NCBI GenBank assembly: GCA_012295275.1
Contig: CM022669.1
Location: 15,376,001-15,440,000 of the forward strand
From: Chrysomallon squamiferum
Taxonomy: Eukaryota > Animalia > Mollusca
Direction: 5' to 3'
DNA: 64,000 nucleotides
Shown here: positions 12,589 to 26,695 of the stretch, piece after piece
Numbering within the stretch: position 1 is the stretch's first letter
How the letters are laid out: the number at the start of each line of letters is the position of its first letter
Position numbers and translations under genes: made by a program
The notes under the pieces: generated by a model
What the model saw: the letters and a program-made list of their open reading frames with translations, nothing else
Database searches by the model: none
Told to the model about the DNA's origin: nothing

Positions 12589-13106
12589 AGTTATTTTATT
12601 TTGTTTTATTTTATTTTATTTTATTTTATTTTATTTTATTTTATTTTATTTTATTTTATTTTATTTTATTTTATTTTATTATATTTTATTATTTTATTAT
12701 TTTATTTTGTTATTTTATTTTATTATTTTATTTTATATTATTTTATTTTATTTTATTATTTTATTTTATTTTATTTTATTTTATTTTATTTTATTTTATT
12801 TTATTTTATTTTATTTTATTTTTTATTTTTTTTATTTTTTTATTTTTTTTAAATTTTATTTTATTTTATTTTATTTTATTATTTTATTATTTTATTATTT
12901 TATTTTATTTTATTTTATTTTATTTTTTTTTATTTTATTTTATTATTTTATTTTATATTATTTTATTTTATTATTTTATTATTTTATTTTATTTTATTTT
13001 ATTTTATTTTATTTTATTTTATTTTATTTTATTTTATTTTTTATTTTTTTTTTTTTTTTATTTTTTTATTTATTTTAAATTTTATTTTATTTTATTTTAT
13101 TATTAT

Positions 13107-13139
<33 letters not shown>

Positions 13140-13140
13140 C
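12589..13140. repeat. ~550-bp (ATTTT)n pentanucleotide tract ending in poly-T at the PIGO exon 7 acceptor
   Basis: Directly visible. It explains the spurious ORFs 12584..13078 and 12601..12852. Confidence 0.95.
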
Positions 13141-13143
13141 CAG

Positions 13144-13332
13144 TTGCTTGGATCAGCTGCTGCAGCAGGCTTGCATCGTCGACATCTGATGGTTTGGAAA
13201 ATCTTCACTCCACGCTTTTTATTTGAAGCCGTAGCCAACATCATCATCTACATCGTCTTGTTTCTCATGTACTTTTTCATTTTACGGGTCGACAACGCTT
13301 TGACTAAGTTTGTTAAAACATCAGTCACATGA
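13144..13332 (+). CDS. PIGO: PIGO terminal exon 7 (…RRHLMVWKIFTPRFLFE…*)
   Basis: Contains the diagnostic RRHLMVWK.F.PRF motif of PIGO/Gpi13. Poly-T/CCAG acceptor, TGA at 13330-13332. Spliced CDS is 3225 nt (1074 aa plus stop). Confidence 0.96.
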   Translation: MLGSAAAAGLHRRHLMVWKIFTPRFLFEAVANIIIYIVLFLMYFFILRVDNALTKFVKTSVT

Positions 13333-15349
13333 TAGTAAACATTTCTCACTTTAGAAGAGACAAATATTTCTTATGAGAGAAAAGATAGATATTATAATCT
13401 ACATCTTTCTCTTTATCGTTAGTGTATATTACATGTTCATAAAGCTTTGACGAAATTTATGAAAACATCATCAGTTTAACATCAGAAGATGGTGGTAAAC
13501 ATTTTAGAGTAAAAAAGAGATGAATATTACAATACTGGTGTTTGAGGTGTCTTTGTGAGAAAAAAAATTGCTCAGTAGTGTTTTAGTTGTGAAAAATTTC
13601 ATGACATATTAATGGAGCTTAGTGAAATTGAGGTTAAATATATTTGGCATTAAGAAGAAATTATTTGGAAATATATTAAATTCTATAATTATACAAATGT
13701 ATAGATACCACAAATAAACAAATATACATTTTTTAACTGAAAACAAATTAAGAAATCAAAACGATAATTAAAAACGAACAGAACATATCTTCTGGAGCTG
13801 AAGTTGAAATTATGGGAATAAATTAATGTTTACAGTTATATCTGAGAGAATGACAGACATGAAATTGAACACAAAATATTAGTGAAAAGCATTTAGTTGT
13901 AGCAAGTATGCATGAAATAATGTTTTGAATAGAATTTATTTTTAATGTGTTTGTGTGATGACAAGTTTCAGTAAAGGAGAATGTACTTAAATCTGATCCT
14001 GAATGTGTGAATTTTCCTTCACAGACCTTTTTGTATAAATTCTTTAATATGTAAAACATAAGATGAAAGAATAAATGCAAACAATTTGGTGACTTTAATT
14101 TAAGTAGTAGTTACTGTATTTGAAACCAGGTGAGATGCAACCAAAATGTGTACAGAATTTTTTTAATGTAATTTATTTTGTAATGCTTTATTTTTATATC
14201 AATTCAGTATGGCTTATAAGCAGTGTGCATCTAATTAAAAACCATTTAGTTTATTGAGAATCTATTCAAATTTGTAATTTAAGCTTTATAAATGTTGTGG
14301 AGGTTAAAAATATGGACCCTTTACTCAAATATGGACCCTTTATTGTCTGACTAGTCAATGAAAGTTAGGACGACAAAGAAGCTTTATAAATGTTTCTTGT
14401 CCTGTTTGCTCACTAGGGTTACAAACCACAAACAGCAATCACTGACTGCTGCAGCTTGTTTTCTAGTCTTTTTTTATGTGAAAACCAATCTTTGCAGTCT
14501 AGACTTTGAGTCTCTAGCTTGTACATTTTCTATAGCCTTTTTCTTTTTCTGTAGGAATTTTGACATCAATTTGTTTGCTTCAATTTTGTGTGCGTCATGA
14601 CTTTTTCTATTTTAAGATTTCTATTTTATAAAGTTTTTATTTTTTTTTTGTAAGTGGCATTCTTTGGTGTGTTTCTAATGTAAACAAAAAATGTATCATG
14701 TTAACATGTCTAGTGTACACATATTTTAAAAATATGTTTTATTTAATTTTTAACATTTTTTAATATTTGGGAACAAATAATTGGTGCATAAATTGTAATA
14801 ACAATTTAAAATAAATGCTATATTTTTGGTATGTATTTACGTATGTATGTTTGTATGCAGTTTTCTGATTTTTTTAATGAAAATGATGATGTACCAAAAT
14901 CAACCACTGTTTTATTTATAACTAGAAATTTAAATGAACTTCTAAATGTCCAGTGAAGTATGACAGGATATTTACTTAAACAATTTCTGTGCCATCTCTA
15001 ATATTTAAGTGAAATATTTTAATAATATTTGAAATTTATGTTTTTGGTAAGTGTTTTGTAAGTCTTAGCATTAAGCTGTTGTTTGTTTTCAAATAAACAA
15101 ATGAAAAATGAGAAAATAGTAATCTGTTTTCTGTATAATCATAGTTTTAACAAAACATTTCAGATTTATAATGAGAAAGTTACTTTATGAATGAAAATTA
15201 ATAGTAATGTAAAATGGATAAATAAACAAATAAATAAATAAATAATAAACAAAATTCAAACTAAAGAAGAACAACAAATTGAACAAGTTTATTCCAGAAA
15301 GTTTGTCTTTTTTATTAGTAAACTAAGAACTATTTAACTAAGCAAAATT

Positions 15350-15388
<39 letters not shown>

Positions 15389-16043
15389 ATAATAATAATA
15401 TTATATCTAAAGTAACTATTACAGAATTACTTTCATGACATTTTAATATCCAGTCTGACAATAAAACTGGCAATCAAATTGCTTATCCTGGTGATAAACT
15501 ATGCAACACACGTGTAAAATGTATGTGCTTGAATGTAATGGTGACTAATTTTATTTTTTGTTGCAAATCAGTATTATGGTGTCTTTTTTTCTTAGCCATT
15601 TTTGTGTATGTTATTATTTACATGTATTTTCAATTTTAATTTTTTCAGACTTTCAAGTAAATGTATTTCCTTTGCAACCATGTTGAAAAAACCAACAACC
15701 CCCACCACAAATATCCCTTAGAACTTTTTAAAACTGTTCAGTACGTTTTTAGCAGTATCATTGTTTGAAATTATGTGTTTGTCATGTACTGGTAACATTT
15801 AATTGAAAATAAAAGAATAATTTCAATGTCTTTTGATAAATCTTCATTATTTTTTGTTTTGTTTAAAAACTGAACGATATTATTAAAAATACTGTTCATT
15901 AGGTGAAGATGTACGCTTTTGGAATTGTTATATTACTGTATTATTAAACATTTCGTTGTCAACAAGCAAAACTGAAAGGATAATGTTAAGACAACAAAAT
16001 TCCAGACTAGCAATAAATTCACAAAACTACATACACGCCAAGG

Positions 16044-16092
<49 letters not shown>

Positions 16093-16378
16093 AGAAAACA
16101 ACACATCAACCCAAAATGGCGTTAAATATAGTTATTACTTTTCCGTCCGTTTCAGAGAGGATAGAAGTAAAAAAGGTGTAGAAAGACAGAGTCTTCAAAA
16201 AATTTGTTTCTGCGCAAAGCCTTAGTAAAACAGCTAGATACTCCAAGTAGATTTATAAATAAATAATGCACAGAGGGAGGTGTCCATATTGGTACTTTGG
16301 TTATGGTCGCATGATGCTAAATATTTTTTGAATATCTTTACAACACATTACAGACAGCAATTGTAAATACTAAAGTCT

Positions 16379-16927
16379 TTGACCGAAACTTCGTGGGTCA
16401 TAGGATCAACTCTTCTCGCTGCGTTCAGTTATCAACTTCGTGTAGTCACTGTATGGTCTTAATGTTCTCACTTTAAGACTTTGGTGTAGTCACTGTATCA
16501 CTTCATGCTACTAAATGTATCACCTCAGTATCACTCACTATATCCGCTCAACGTACTCACTGTATCACCACATTGTACTCAGTGTTTGACCGAGACTTCA
16601 TGGGTCGTAGGATCAACTCTTTTCTGTGTACTCACTGTATGACATCGGAGTACTCATTGTATCATCTCGGTACGAACTCAAGGTATACTAATATTGTCAC
16701 CTCGTGCACTCACTGAATCACCCCGTGAACTCACTTTATGACCTCGGGGTACTCATTTTATTGCTTGGAGTATTGACTATATTACCTCGATGTAGTCAGT
16801 GTATCATCCACTGTATTTAGTGTATCGCCCCCATGCATGGATTCTATGTACTCAATGTATCAAATCTATATACTCACTGTATTAACTCACTGTAATTACT
16901 CTATTACCTCGGCATATTCAAGTATCA

Positions 16928-16930
<3 letters not shown>
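16379..16930 (+). repeat. Degenerate ~22-bp tandem repeat (consensus ~GTGTACTCACTGTATCACCTCG) with two interspersed ~40-bp cassettes
   Basis: GTACTCACTGTATCA-like units recur at ~22-bp spacing. The cassette TTGACCGA.ACTTC.TGGGTC.TAGGATCAACTCTT occurs at ~16379 and ~16586. Confidence 0.8.
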
Positions 16931-16972
<42 letters not shown>

Positions 16973-17249
16973 GGTGTAAATATACTGCTATTATTCTTAC
17001 ACAGAGGCAGGAAAAAACACAATTTAAACAACATTTGTTGTTACTGATGAGATTTAACCAAGAAACTCTTGTAGCTGGTTACCTCTCTCCTAATTAACCA
17101 CTGACGAAATTCATTTATTTGTCAAAAATAACAGTTAATACTAAAATCATTTGAATTATTTATTTATTTATTTATTTAATTATTTATTTTATTTTATTTA
17201 TTCATTCATTTATTTATTTTATTTATTTTATTTATTTATTTATTTTATT

Positions 17250-17292
<43 letters not shown>

Positions 17293-18896
17293 TTTGTTTG
17301 TTTATTTGTAAGATATCCTGCCAAAAAGCGCCTCTATAATCGTGCCTGAAGGCAAACGCTCTTTAAAGTAATTTGATAAACATATCAATAAAATTTTGTT
17401 TTCAAGCAAGCTGGTATTATTAGTTTTCTGCAAATGTGTTAAGTACTCTTTCTGGTTGTTTATACTGTCAAATGCATATTACCATTTTACTAAATGTGTG
17501 TGTTCCTTTTTTTTTCTCTCGTTTGGTTTAATAATCTGCGAATGTTTGTTAAGTTACATGCTGAATGGTCCGTCAGTCTTTACAGAAAGATGAAATTATT
17601 ATTTTGAACGATTTACCTGTTGTTTTTTTGTAAAAATATTTTATAGCATTTGCTTGTTTTCCTTCAAGAGATTTCCACTGCGCAGTTCATTCAGTTTCTA
17701 ACTGTGAACTTGAATCATGATAGACATACACAAACAAATTTGCAAGCAATCGCACAAGTATACGCACACGCACATGACAGTAAGGTGTCTCCCACATGCA
17801 CGCACAAACTTCATATAAATGCTCACTCAGTCACACATCACAGACACACAGACAAAGGTACACTCTCATAAACACATAAAAAAAGAAAAGAAATAAAAAG
17901 GAAAAATCAATAGAGAAATGATAAACAAAATAACGCCATTTAAGATAATTAATCGACATTCGCTGCATGTAGTAACGAATATTGAGACCAGAACAACACG
18001 AATGTAACCGAATTTACAGTCGTTAATCAAATGTCGTGTAAAAACAAAATGCCGATCACTGTAAATCTGACACTAGTTGCATGATTCTTGGCTTTTCAAG
18101 ATTATTTATCAAACAGTAAATAACATTATCTGTCTCTCGCACATTGTTCCCGCAGTACACAAACAGACAGAAAAACAAGCACACATAGTTTCTTTAAACA
18201 GACACACACACACACACAATGAAACATAGAAAGATCGCTCGAATTTTACCTTCCAGTATGTACTCTGTGACAGTAATGGCATTTCAAATGCAGTGGAATG
18301 TACTTTTTTTTTTTTGTTCATAGCACAATGCAGATAAAAGATAACGAAAGATTTCTTCTCTTTTTCAACGCAAATTTTCATGATTATCTTAATATCCATT
18401 AACATTTGTTGGGATATCTTTTTAACAAAAATTATTCATTTCTTTGTTTAATTCGTTCATTCGTTTATTTATTTATTTATTGTTTCATTCATTTATTGTT
18501 TCGTTCCTTTATCGATTGCGTTTAATTACTTAAATGTTTTATATTTTTTCATACCCTTATGTCTTTGAAATTCTTACGTTACACTCAATTCTCAGGTGTT
18601 TTTGCTATAAGAAAATTAAATTCATTGCACAGATGCTGTCAGCAGATTAGAGGAGAAAAGTGACGTCATCATTCTCATCAAGCCAGAGAGATCTGTCAGT
18701 ACTAGTTCAAGTACAGGCACCTGTTATAGCCGTTCTTCCTGATGAACGATCATAGACCCCGAGTTTCGAGAGATCGTTCTTAGGTTTTCCATTGTTAACA
18801 TTTCTGAAAGTAATGGCGAGTCTTTTTAATTAGTTTTAAATTCTCTGCTGTTCGGTATTTTTATTATCTCTATGTGTGTGTATGTGTGTGTATGTA

Positions 18897-18931
<35 letters not shown>

Positions 18932-19028
18932 GTGTGTATGAGTGTGTATAAAGGAAAAAAAATAAAAATAAAAATATATATACAGAGAGAAAGAGAGAGC
19001 AAGAGAGATAAATTTGTCTCCCTTCCGT

Positions 19029-19061
<33 letters not shown>

Positions 19062-20121
19062 CGTCTGTGTGTATATATATCGATATGTGTGTGTGTGTGT
19101 ATTGAGGCGTGTCTATGTGTGCGCGCGCGTGTGTATATTTGTATAGAGATGGGTATATAATCTATGTACAGATATACAGATAATATATACATATAACACA
19201 CACACACACACACAGAGACACAAACACAGGCACATACACACACAGACACACACACAGAGACACAAACACAGTCACACACACACAAACGTGAGCGCGGATA
19301 TATAAAGGAAAAAATAACGAAAGACAAGATTACATCACTATACTTAACCTTAATTTTATCATATTCTGTTAGATAACTAATATCCATTTAAACAGAGAAT
19401 GAAATCTTCTTCTTCTTCTTTTTTATTTTTGTTTTCGGGGCCATTTACTTTTTGATGTTATAGTATTTGTGAATTATATATATGCACATACAAAAATAAA
19501 TTTTACTACCAGCATAACGTTCATTATTAAATTTTGTCTATTACAAATAAAATTTAGGTTCATCTTATTTTCGTTGGTCTTTCATCAACACATCAGTAAA
19601 TATTTATACGTTTTCCCCCTCTGACATTGTTTCATAATACACTCATCCGTATTTCTGTACGTCACTCCGTTTATCTTTCTTTCACTGTACATTATCTTTC
19701 CATCTTCTCTAAGTTGATATAATCAGATAACATTCCGCACAAAACGATATTAACGACAAAAAAAGAACCCACAGTAAAAATTAAAACAAGAGAAGAAATC
19801 TTATTAAAAAAAAGGTTCATTTTTTTTGCCATGACAGAGAAATTAAACTAGAAGAAGATTTGACATTTAACGTGTTTTATTGGAAACGACAGTTTACAGT
19901 CCGCTTAATCGTCAATTTTGTACCGTTGTCTTTTCATTCATTTTGGAGTTTATGCCCAGCCTTGCAGGCAAATATCTAATTATGGAAGAATCGCCTGGAG
20001 ACTACCACTGCTGTAATACTTTGAGAAAATACAGTTTGTAAACTAAATGGAGCAGAGATTTGTTTCAAAATCGAGTATTTCTTGTCTCTTCTCGTGCTTG
20101 CCCGGAAACTGTATTTGCTGT

Positions 20122-20122
<1 letters not shown>

Positions 20123-20194
<72 letters not shown>

Positions 20195-20272
20195 CTCTCT
20201 CTTCTCTTTTCTTCTCTCTTTCTCCCTCCCTCTCTTTCTTTCTCTCTTCTCTTTTCTTTTCTGTCTCTCTTC

Positions 20273-20358
<86 letters not shown>

Positions 20359-20456
20359 ACTCTTTTTTCTCTCTCTTCTCTTTTCTTCTCTCTTTCTCCC
20401 TCCCTCTCTTTCTTTCTCTCTTCTCTTTTCTTTTCTGTCTCTCTTCTATTCTCTTT

Positions 20457-20550
<94 letters not shown>
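20123..20550. repeat. ~430-bp polypyrimidine tract: (CT)n blocks with an internally duplicated complex C/T segment
   Basis: Directly visible. The complex block at ~20190-20282 is repeated at ~20364-20456. Confidence 0.9.
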
Positions 20551-20555
<5 letters not shown>

Positions 20556-20994
20556 TGTGTACGTATGTATATGTATGTGTATGTGTGTGTGTGTGTGTGT
20601 GTGTGAAAACGTATGGGTGGATTGAATCCACTGTTAATCGACTGGTTTATAGAAAGCTGCTGTGCATTCTTTTCTGTTTCTGGTGTATGAAAAAAAATAA
20701 AATAATAAATAAAAAACATTGATAATAACTGGTATACACATTAACATGTTACCTTTTTCGTTTCGTCATCATACATGAACTAACTTAATAATTATCAATT
20801 GATGTTAATTTTAGCACGGATTGAAGTTCTGTTAAACAAAGTCATTCATCCGTGCATCAAGTTTTCTGTAATCATTGATTCTTATTGTTATACTCCAGTG
20901 TTATAACTGCACCAAAGGCACTTGGTATTAAGAGCTACAACAGTATACCTAGATACATGTATACATCAACCTAGATATCTATATCTGTCCGTCG

Positions 20995-21036
<42 letters not shown>

Positions 21037-21080
21037 ATGTCTATCTATCTATCTACCTATCTATCTATCTATCTATCTAC

Positions 21081-21175
<95 letters not shown>

Positions 21176-21185
21176 CCTATCTATC
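20995..21185. repeat. (TATC)n / GATA tetranucleotide microsatellite
   Basis: Directly visible. Confidence 0.95.
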
Positions 21186-21531
21186 CGATTTCTGTCTGTC
21201 TGTCTATATATAAAGACATTTGAATCCAGTCTTTCCATTTGTTTGATGTATAATCATATTACGTATTACGCAAAACATGGTCATTGATTACTCTTCACCG
21301 CCTGTTTTACAGTAATAATTAAATGTCAAAATAGAAAGTATATATGATTATCTGCATGTGCTCTTTAAACAATCTCACAGTCTGGATATGGAACGCAATG
21401 AATGCTCAAAACGGCGGTACAGCCCTTCTTAACCCGTCTCTGGTTATGATGAATTGTGTGATGGTCTTTTGTGCGTCAGTTTGGTTATTTCTGTCACTAG
21501 CTATCACACAAAGGCATTTTGTTTAAAGAAG

Positions 21532-21575
<44 letters not shown>

Positions 21576-22112
21576 GCTTTTCGATCTGTTTCAAGGTGCA
21601 AACAGTTAAAATTGGCACAGTGTTGTCTGAAGCTGGTTTTATGAATCATATTTTGTTATTGTGAAGACAAATACAAGAAAATATATGCTCTGTTAACCGT
21701 TAACGAAAATTAACACGACTTTCATTTTTTTTAATTTTTTTTTTTTTTTTTTTTTTTTATTAAAGAACAACAAAGACAATCTAATAAAAAAAAAAGCTTG
21801 TATTAGAATTACTTCGAAACAGTAATGGCCGTATCACGCTTCAAGAGGATTCCGAGGCGCTGAGATCGTGAACGATTTTCTTAATGTAACTGATTGTCAA
21901 GTGGGACGTAACTCATTTACTAAGCTGTTGTCTTAAGTCCTGTAGAATCCATGATTTATACGAGTAGGTCGAGGTTTCTTGGTGGATGTGTTGCTGTTTA
22001 GAGTGAAATATTACATGTGTGACTTGGACATACCCTTTGGTGTGACAAACTGACCGCTTTTGACGTCCAGTATGGTTATATAAATAGCAAATAGATTAAT
22101 TGTTAGTTTGTT

Positions 22113-22220
<108 letters not shown>

Positions 22221-22961
22221 ACACAAATACTTTCTCACACACTTTTCTCCTTTCTTGCCTCTTTGTGTGTGCATCTGTCTCCCTCTCTGATTAAAATCTA
22301 TACCAAGCCGACATATTTTTTTTACTTTTTATTTATTTTATTTTATTTATATGATCAGAAAACATACGAGTCTTTATGCAAACGAACGACAGGAAAGAAA
22401 ATATAGACTCATAGAATAATAATTCCAGTCACATATTGCAGACGACGTTAATGGCAGTCTCACGCCTCGGGATGTATGTTCGGGAGACGGTATGTAATCG
22501 GCGTGTTCATCATTTTTCTGACTTCGTTTGTTTAATAAGGGATAATGTCACATTTACAGTGATGTATTTACACAAGTTTTCAGACTGACACTGAAATAAC
22601 ATTAGTTTCAGGCAACGTTCGCCCCTTTACCTACCAAGGTCAAATGAACATAACCGGATCGACGTATTGTCCAGCCTCGGCAGACTGCGCATGACCAATA
22701 TTTTGACATGGGTCAGCGTAAACATTGCGCGATCAGTTGCTGCCATGACGGTTGCTTTCATTGATAACAAAATATATAAACAAAATTTTGATATGTATTG
22801 TATGGACGTATTGTATACTTAAACATATATACATTACATGTCTGTGTATGTGTGTGTGTAAATATATGTATATGTATATTTAATGTGTATCTGTGTGTAC
22901 GTTTTACAGTATATATATATGTATGTATATATATGTGTGTCTGTGATGTGTGTGTCTGTGT

Positions 22962-23013
<52 letters not shown>

Positions 23014-25219
23014 GCGTGTAAATTTATACTTACATATAGGTGTGATGGTATATTTGCATGCATGTTTGCAATTGCGCGTGTTTGTGAAATAAACCCATAC
23101 ATATATTATTCTAAAAAAATGTTTTGAAAGAAAATCCAAAAAACATTTTGAAAGCATTTGTTGTATATATACATCAAACGTCGTTATACATCGCCAAATA
23201 CGTAAGAATAAAAAAGCTAAGACAAAAATATCATAATTTAATGGTTCATTAGAATTCTGTTAGCAAATGTAACATCCACCTCTTGCAAAAGTGCGTACAT
23301 TCGTAATTCACAAATAATGATTTTCACACATGCTATCAGTAATCATTACATATGCAAAAGAGCTGCATAACAAATAAAACTTCTGCATAGATGCACATTA
23401 ATTCACTTACATGTAACTGCGATAGTCCAACACTATTTGCCATCACATCATTTGCATGCACAAATATGAAAACACACACATACACACTTAATAACTATTT
23501 TTTATTCCATCAGAAATTATCACTTTCAGAAACGGCACGACTTGGCCTATAGATATACATTTATTAAATTATGTAACAGTGACATTACCAGCTTCTTTTT
23601 GTCGTTACGTATATATATAGATTCTTAAGAGCTAATTTGCCGTATCAAAATTCATGACATACCTCAAACAGAGGCAGAAATAAAAAATAATTACAGTAAA
23701 AAAAAAAAAAAAAATAAAAAAAATAGAAAAAGAAAAGAAAAGCCATACAAATAATTATTCATTAATTAGTTACGTTAAATCGACATTACCAGTTTGGCCT
23801 GCTGTGCTCATAATAAGCATACAAAGACTTCAGAAAGATTAATTTGCTCTATCAGAATTCATTACATACCTCAAACACATATAAAGCAAAAAGGTTTCTA
23901 CATTTAAAAAAACCATAACAAGAAAGCCATGCGTTAATTATATTGCGTTACAGTGACATTTTTAACAGTTTGCCACCCACACCATTTTGCATGCAATTTC
24001 TATAAGGCCACTGACCAATATTAATTGTTTTACTTCCCAGCTGCAATCGTCATTTCTGTTACTAGATCTGTAGTTACCCAACGCCTTACACCAAGACAAG
24101 AAAAAGTCAGTTATGTAGGACAGAAAATTTCATGTAAGAAATGTCAATGGCTTGTTTGTTATTCAGAAATAACTCAACTACTGGTTGGTTTAAAACGAAC
24201 TGTTCTGCAGCGTGTGTTTAATTTTTAAAACGATGTTTTGATTATAGTTCAACACGAGCAGTCTGAAAAATCGGTGATAACGATACAAGGAAAATGTCAT
24301 CTGAATATTCAGTTATTTCTGAACTTTGAGGTGCTTTGAATGTTCAGTCATCGTGAAATACGAGTTATTTTAAAGTTTTCAAAATCTAGATCTAACACAG
24401 TGTTATACTTGTATTCAATATTATTTATTAATACAGATCATTACTGATGTTTGGTAAACGACAATTCATTGAATACTGTTGTAAGACACCATTTGTAGAC
24501 AATTCCCAGCACATATAAACAATAATACATAAAGGACATTTTTTTTTTTATATATAAAAATATATATATATACAAATTAAAAAAAAATAAAAACAGCAAC
24601 AAAAAGAAACACATCCAACGCTACCAGAACAAACAAGCAAATATAAAAATAACAAAAATAAAAAAGAACAAGAATAACACGACAAACCCACCATTAAAAA
24701 ACCCCAAAACAAACAAACGAAACAAACCTAAAAATTACCAACCTCCCCCATAATATACACAAAAATATTCAAAAACAATAAAACTAGAACTATCACTCTT
24801 GTACAACGTAAGATTATATTACCGTTTATCTGTCGCAATTTATATTTCGGTTGAGACTCTCCTACAAATTACGCTGTCATTGTCACTTGCCGAAATATCC
24901 AGTTGCTGAATTACGCCGTAATTTCACCAACATGAAGATGTGTGAATGAAACTGTAACGATGATATTTGTGGTGATAAGTGACAAAGCGACAGTAAAGCG
25001 ATACAGAAGTTATCAAGAGGTTTCGTTGGAGAATTAATCTTAATCAAGTGAAACGATACTTTAATGAACGAGGATTGTGTCCTTTGACTTGTGTGTCACT
25101 TGTTGCTGGTTTTTGAATTCGCTATGAACAAATGATAACATGGAGGAGAAACTAATAATAATTTTTTGTAAAAATAAAATAAATAACAGTGAGAGAGAAA
25201 AAGACAAAGTAATAAATTA

Positions 25220-25254
<35 letters not shown>

Positions 25255-25442
25255 AAATAAATAAAGAAAACAATTAACAGAAAAAAGAAAAGAAAAGAAG
25301 GAAAACAAAAATATAGAATAATCAGTTTAAAAAATACAATTAACTTATATTTAAAAAATATAATAATATGAAAAAGGAACATAAATGAAGAACAACAAAA
25401 CTGCACAATATCAAAAATAAAAGTAAAAATAAAAATAAATAC

Positions 25443-25493
<51 letters not shown>

Positions 25494-25506
25494 ATGTTAC
25501 AGGAAA

Positions 25507-25920
25507 TATGTGCAATTCCTGAAAATGTCAGAAAATATGCGCAATCACTGAAATGAAAGTTAACGTGGCCAGAGTTGATGATGATGGTCCATGGAAAACG
25601 TAGTCATCCACAGAGCCAAGGTTGTGTAGAAAGAACAAATCCAGACATTAAAGACGTGCTTGTTTGCTGGTTAGGAGAGAACGAACAATACAGCTGAATC
25701 AGCTGTTGGACTAAAACTTGATCAGCTTCACAAGAACTCCGGTCTTCAGAGTGGAATTAAGTGTTTCTTCTTTGTAACCCTGCTGGGTTCTGATGCTCGT
25801 CATCTCACCTCCATCAAGATTACTTTCAGCGGATGATCTACTTGCAGCCACCGCATTACGAGTTTCCCGAGTGAGTCAGATATTACACATATTTTCTGAA
25901 ATGTTCAGGAATTACACATA
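25507..25920. mobile_element. Non-autonomous TIR element (MITE-like), ~414 bp
   Basis: Imperfect 45-bp inverted repeats at 25507-25551 and 25876-25920 (38/45 identical by manual comparison). Flanked by TA and CA microsatellites. No transposase ORF. Confidence 0.65.
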
Positions 25921-26619
25921 CTGGCTGATAATACATACACACACACATACACACACACATACACACACTCACACACACACACACACACACACTCACATAC
26001 ACATCCATACATACAAACAACACGCACTTTGATAAATATATACGTTGTATATACACACATACAGACAGAAAAACTGTAATCCAAGATATTAGTTCCTTTT
26101 TTAAAAAAAAATTTTTTATTAAAAAACTCTAGACGTTTGGCAAAGCAGCTTTAGGCTATTACAATTTCAGGAAGCTCCTAATTTCGTTACAAGAAGTGAT
26201 GCAACCTAAATTTAATGCACTTTTATTTCCTGTGGATAATAACTATTTCCAGGCGTTCGATTTTCGTCTCATGGATGAAATTTCTATCACAATAAAGGGA
26301 ACGAGGCTAGAATTTTAAAATAATGTTTATAGATCGAAATATATAATTTTTTTTTTCTTCTTTTGTAATAGAAATCAGGGCATCGTTTAGGATCCACTTT
26401 ATAAATTTCACGGACATTGCATCCAAGGTTTCAGATGAGTTATGACTGGTACGAAGTGTATGTTTCTTGCGATTTTACATATATATTTATATATAAAACA
26501 GAAAAGCGGAGCACACACAACTAGTGCAGACTATCAACATGTCATCTCAGACACAAATTTAAAGTCCTTATCCTTATGGTTGACTCAAAATCTTCACATT
26601 ATACTGTTTTGTGTTTTAT

Positions 26620-26695
<76 letters not shown>

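Noticed and set aside
12584-13078. Long F/I/L/Y-rich ORFs
   Set aside because: Translation of the (ATTTT)n array inside PIGO intron 6.
17045-17070. CTGATGA...GAAAC hammerhead-like cores (also at ~58692-58707 and ~18738)
   Set aside because: No stem II closing pairs, and no stems I/III with a cleavage triplet could be built.
22533-22790. GC-balanced block starting TAAGGGATAATGT, reminiscent of non-autonomous DNA transposon ends
   Set aside because: No matching second terminus or TSD found in the window, so it cannot be classified.
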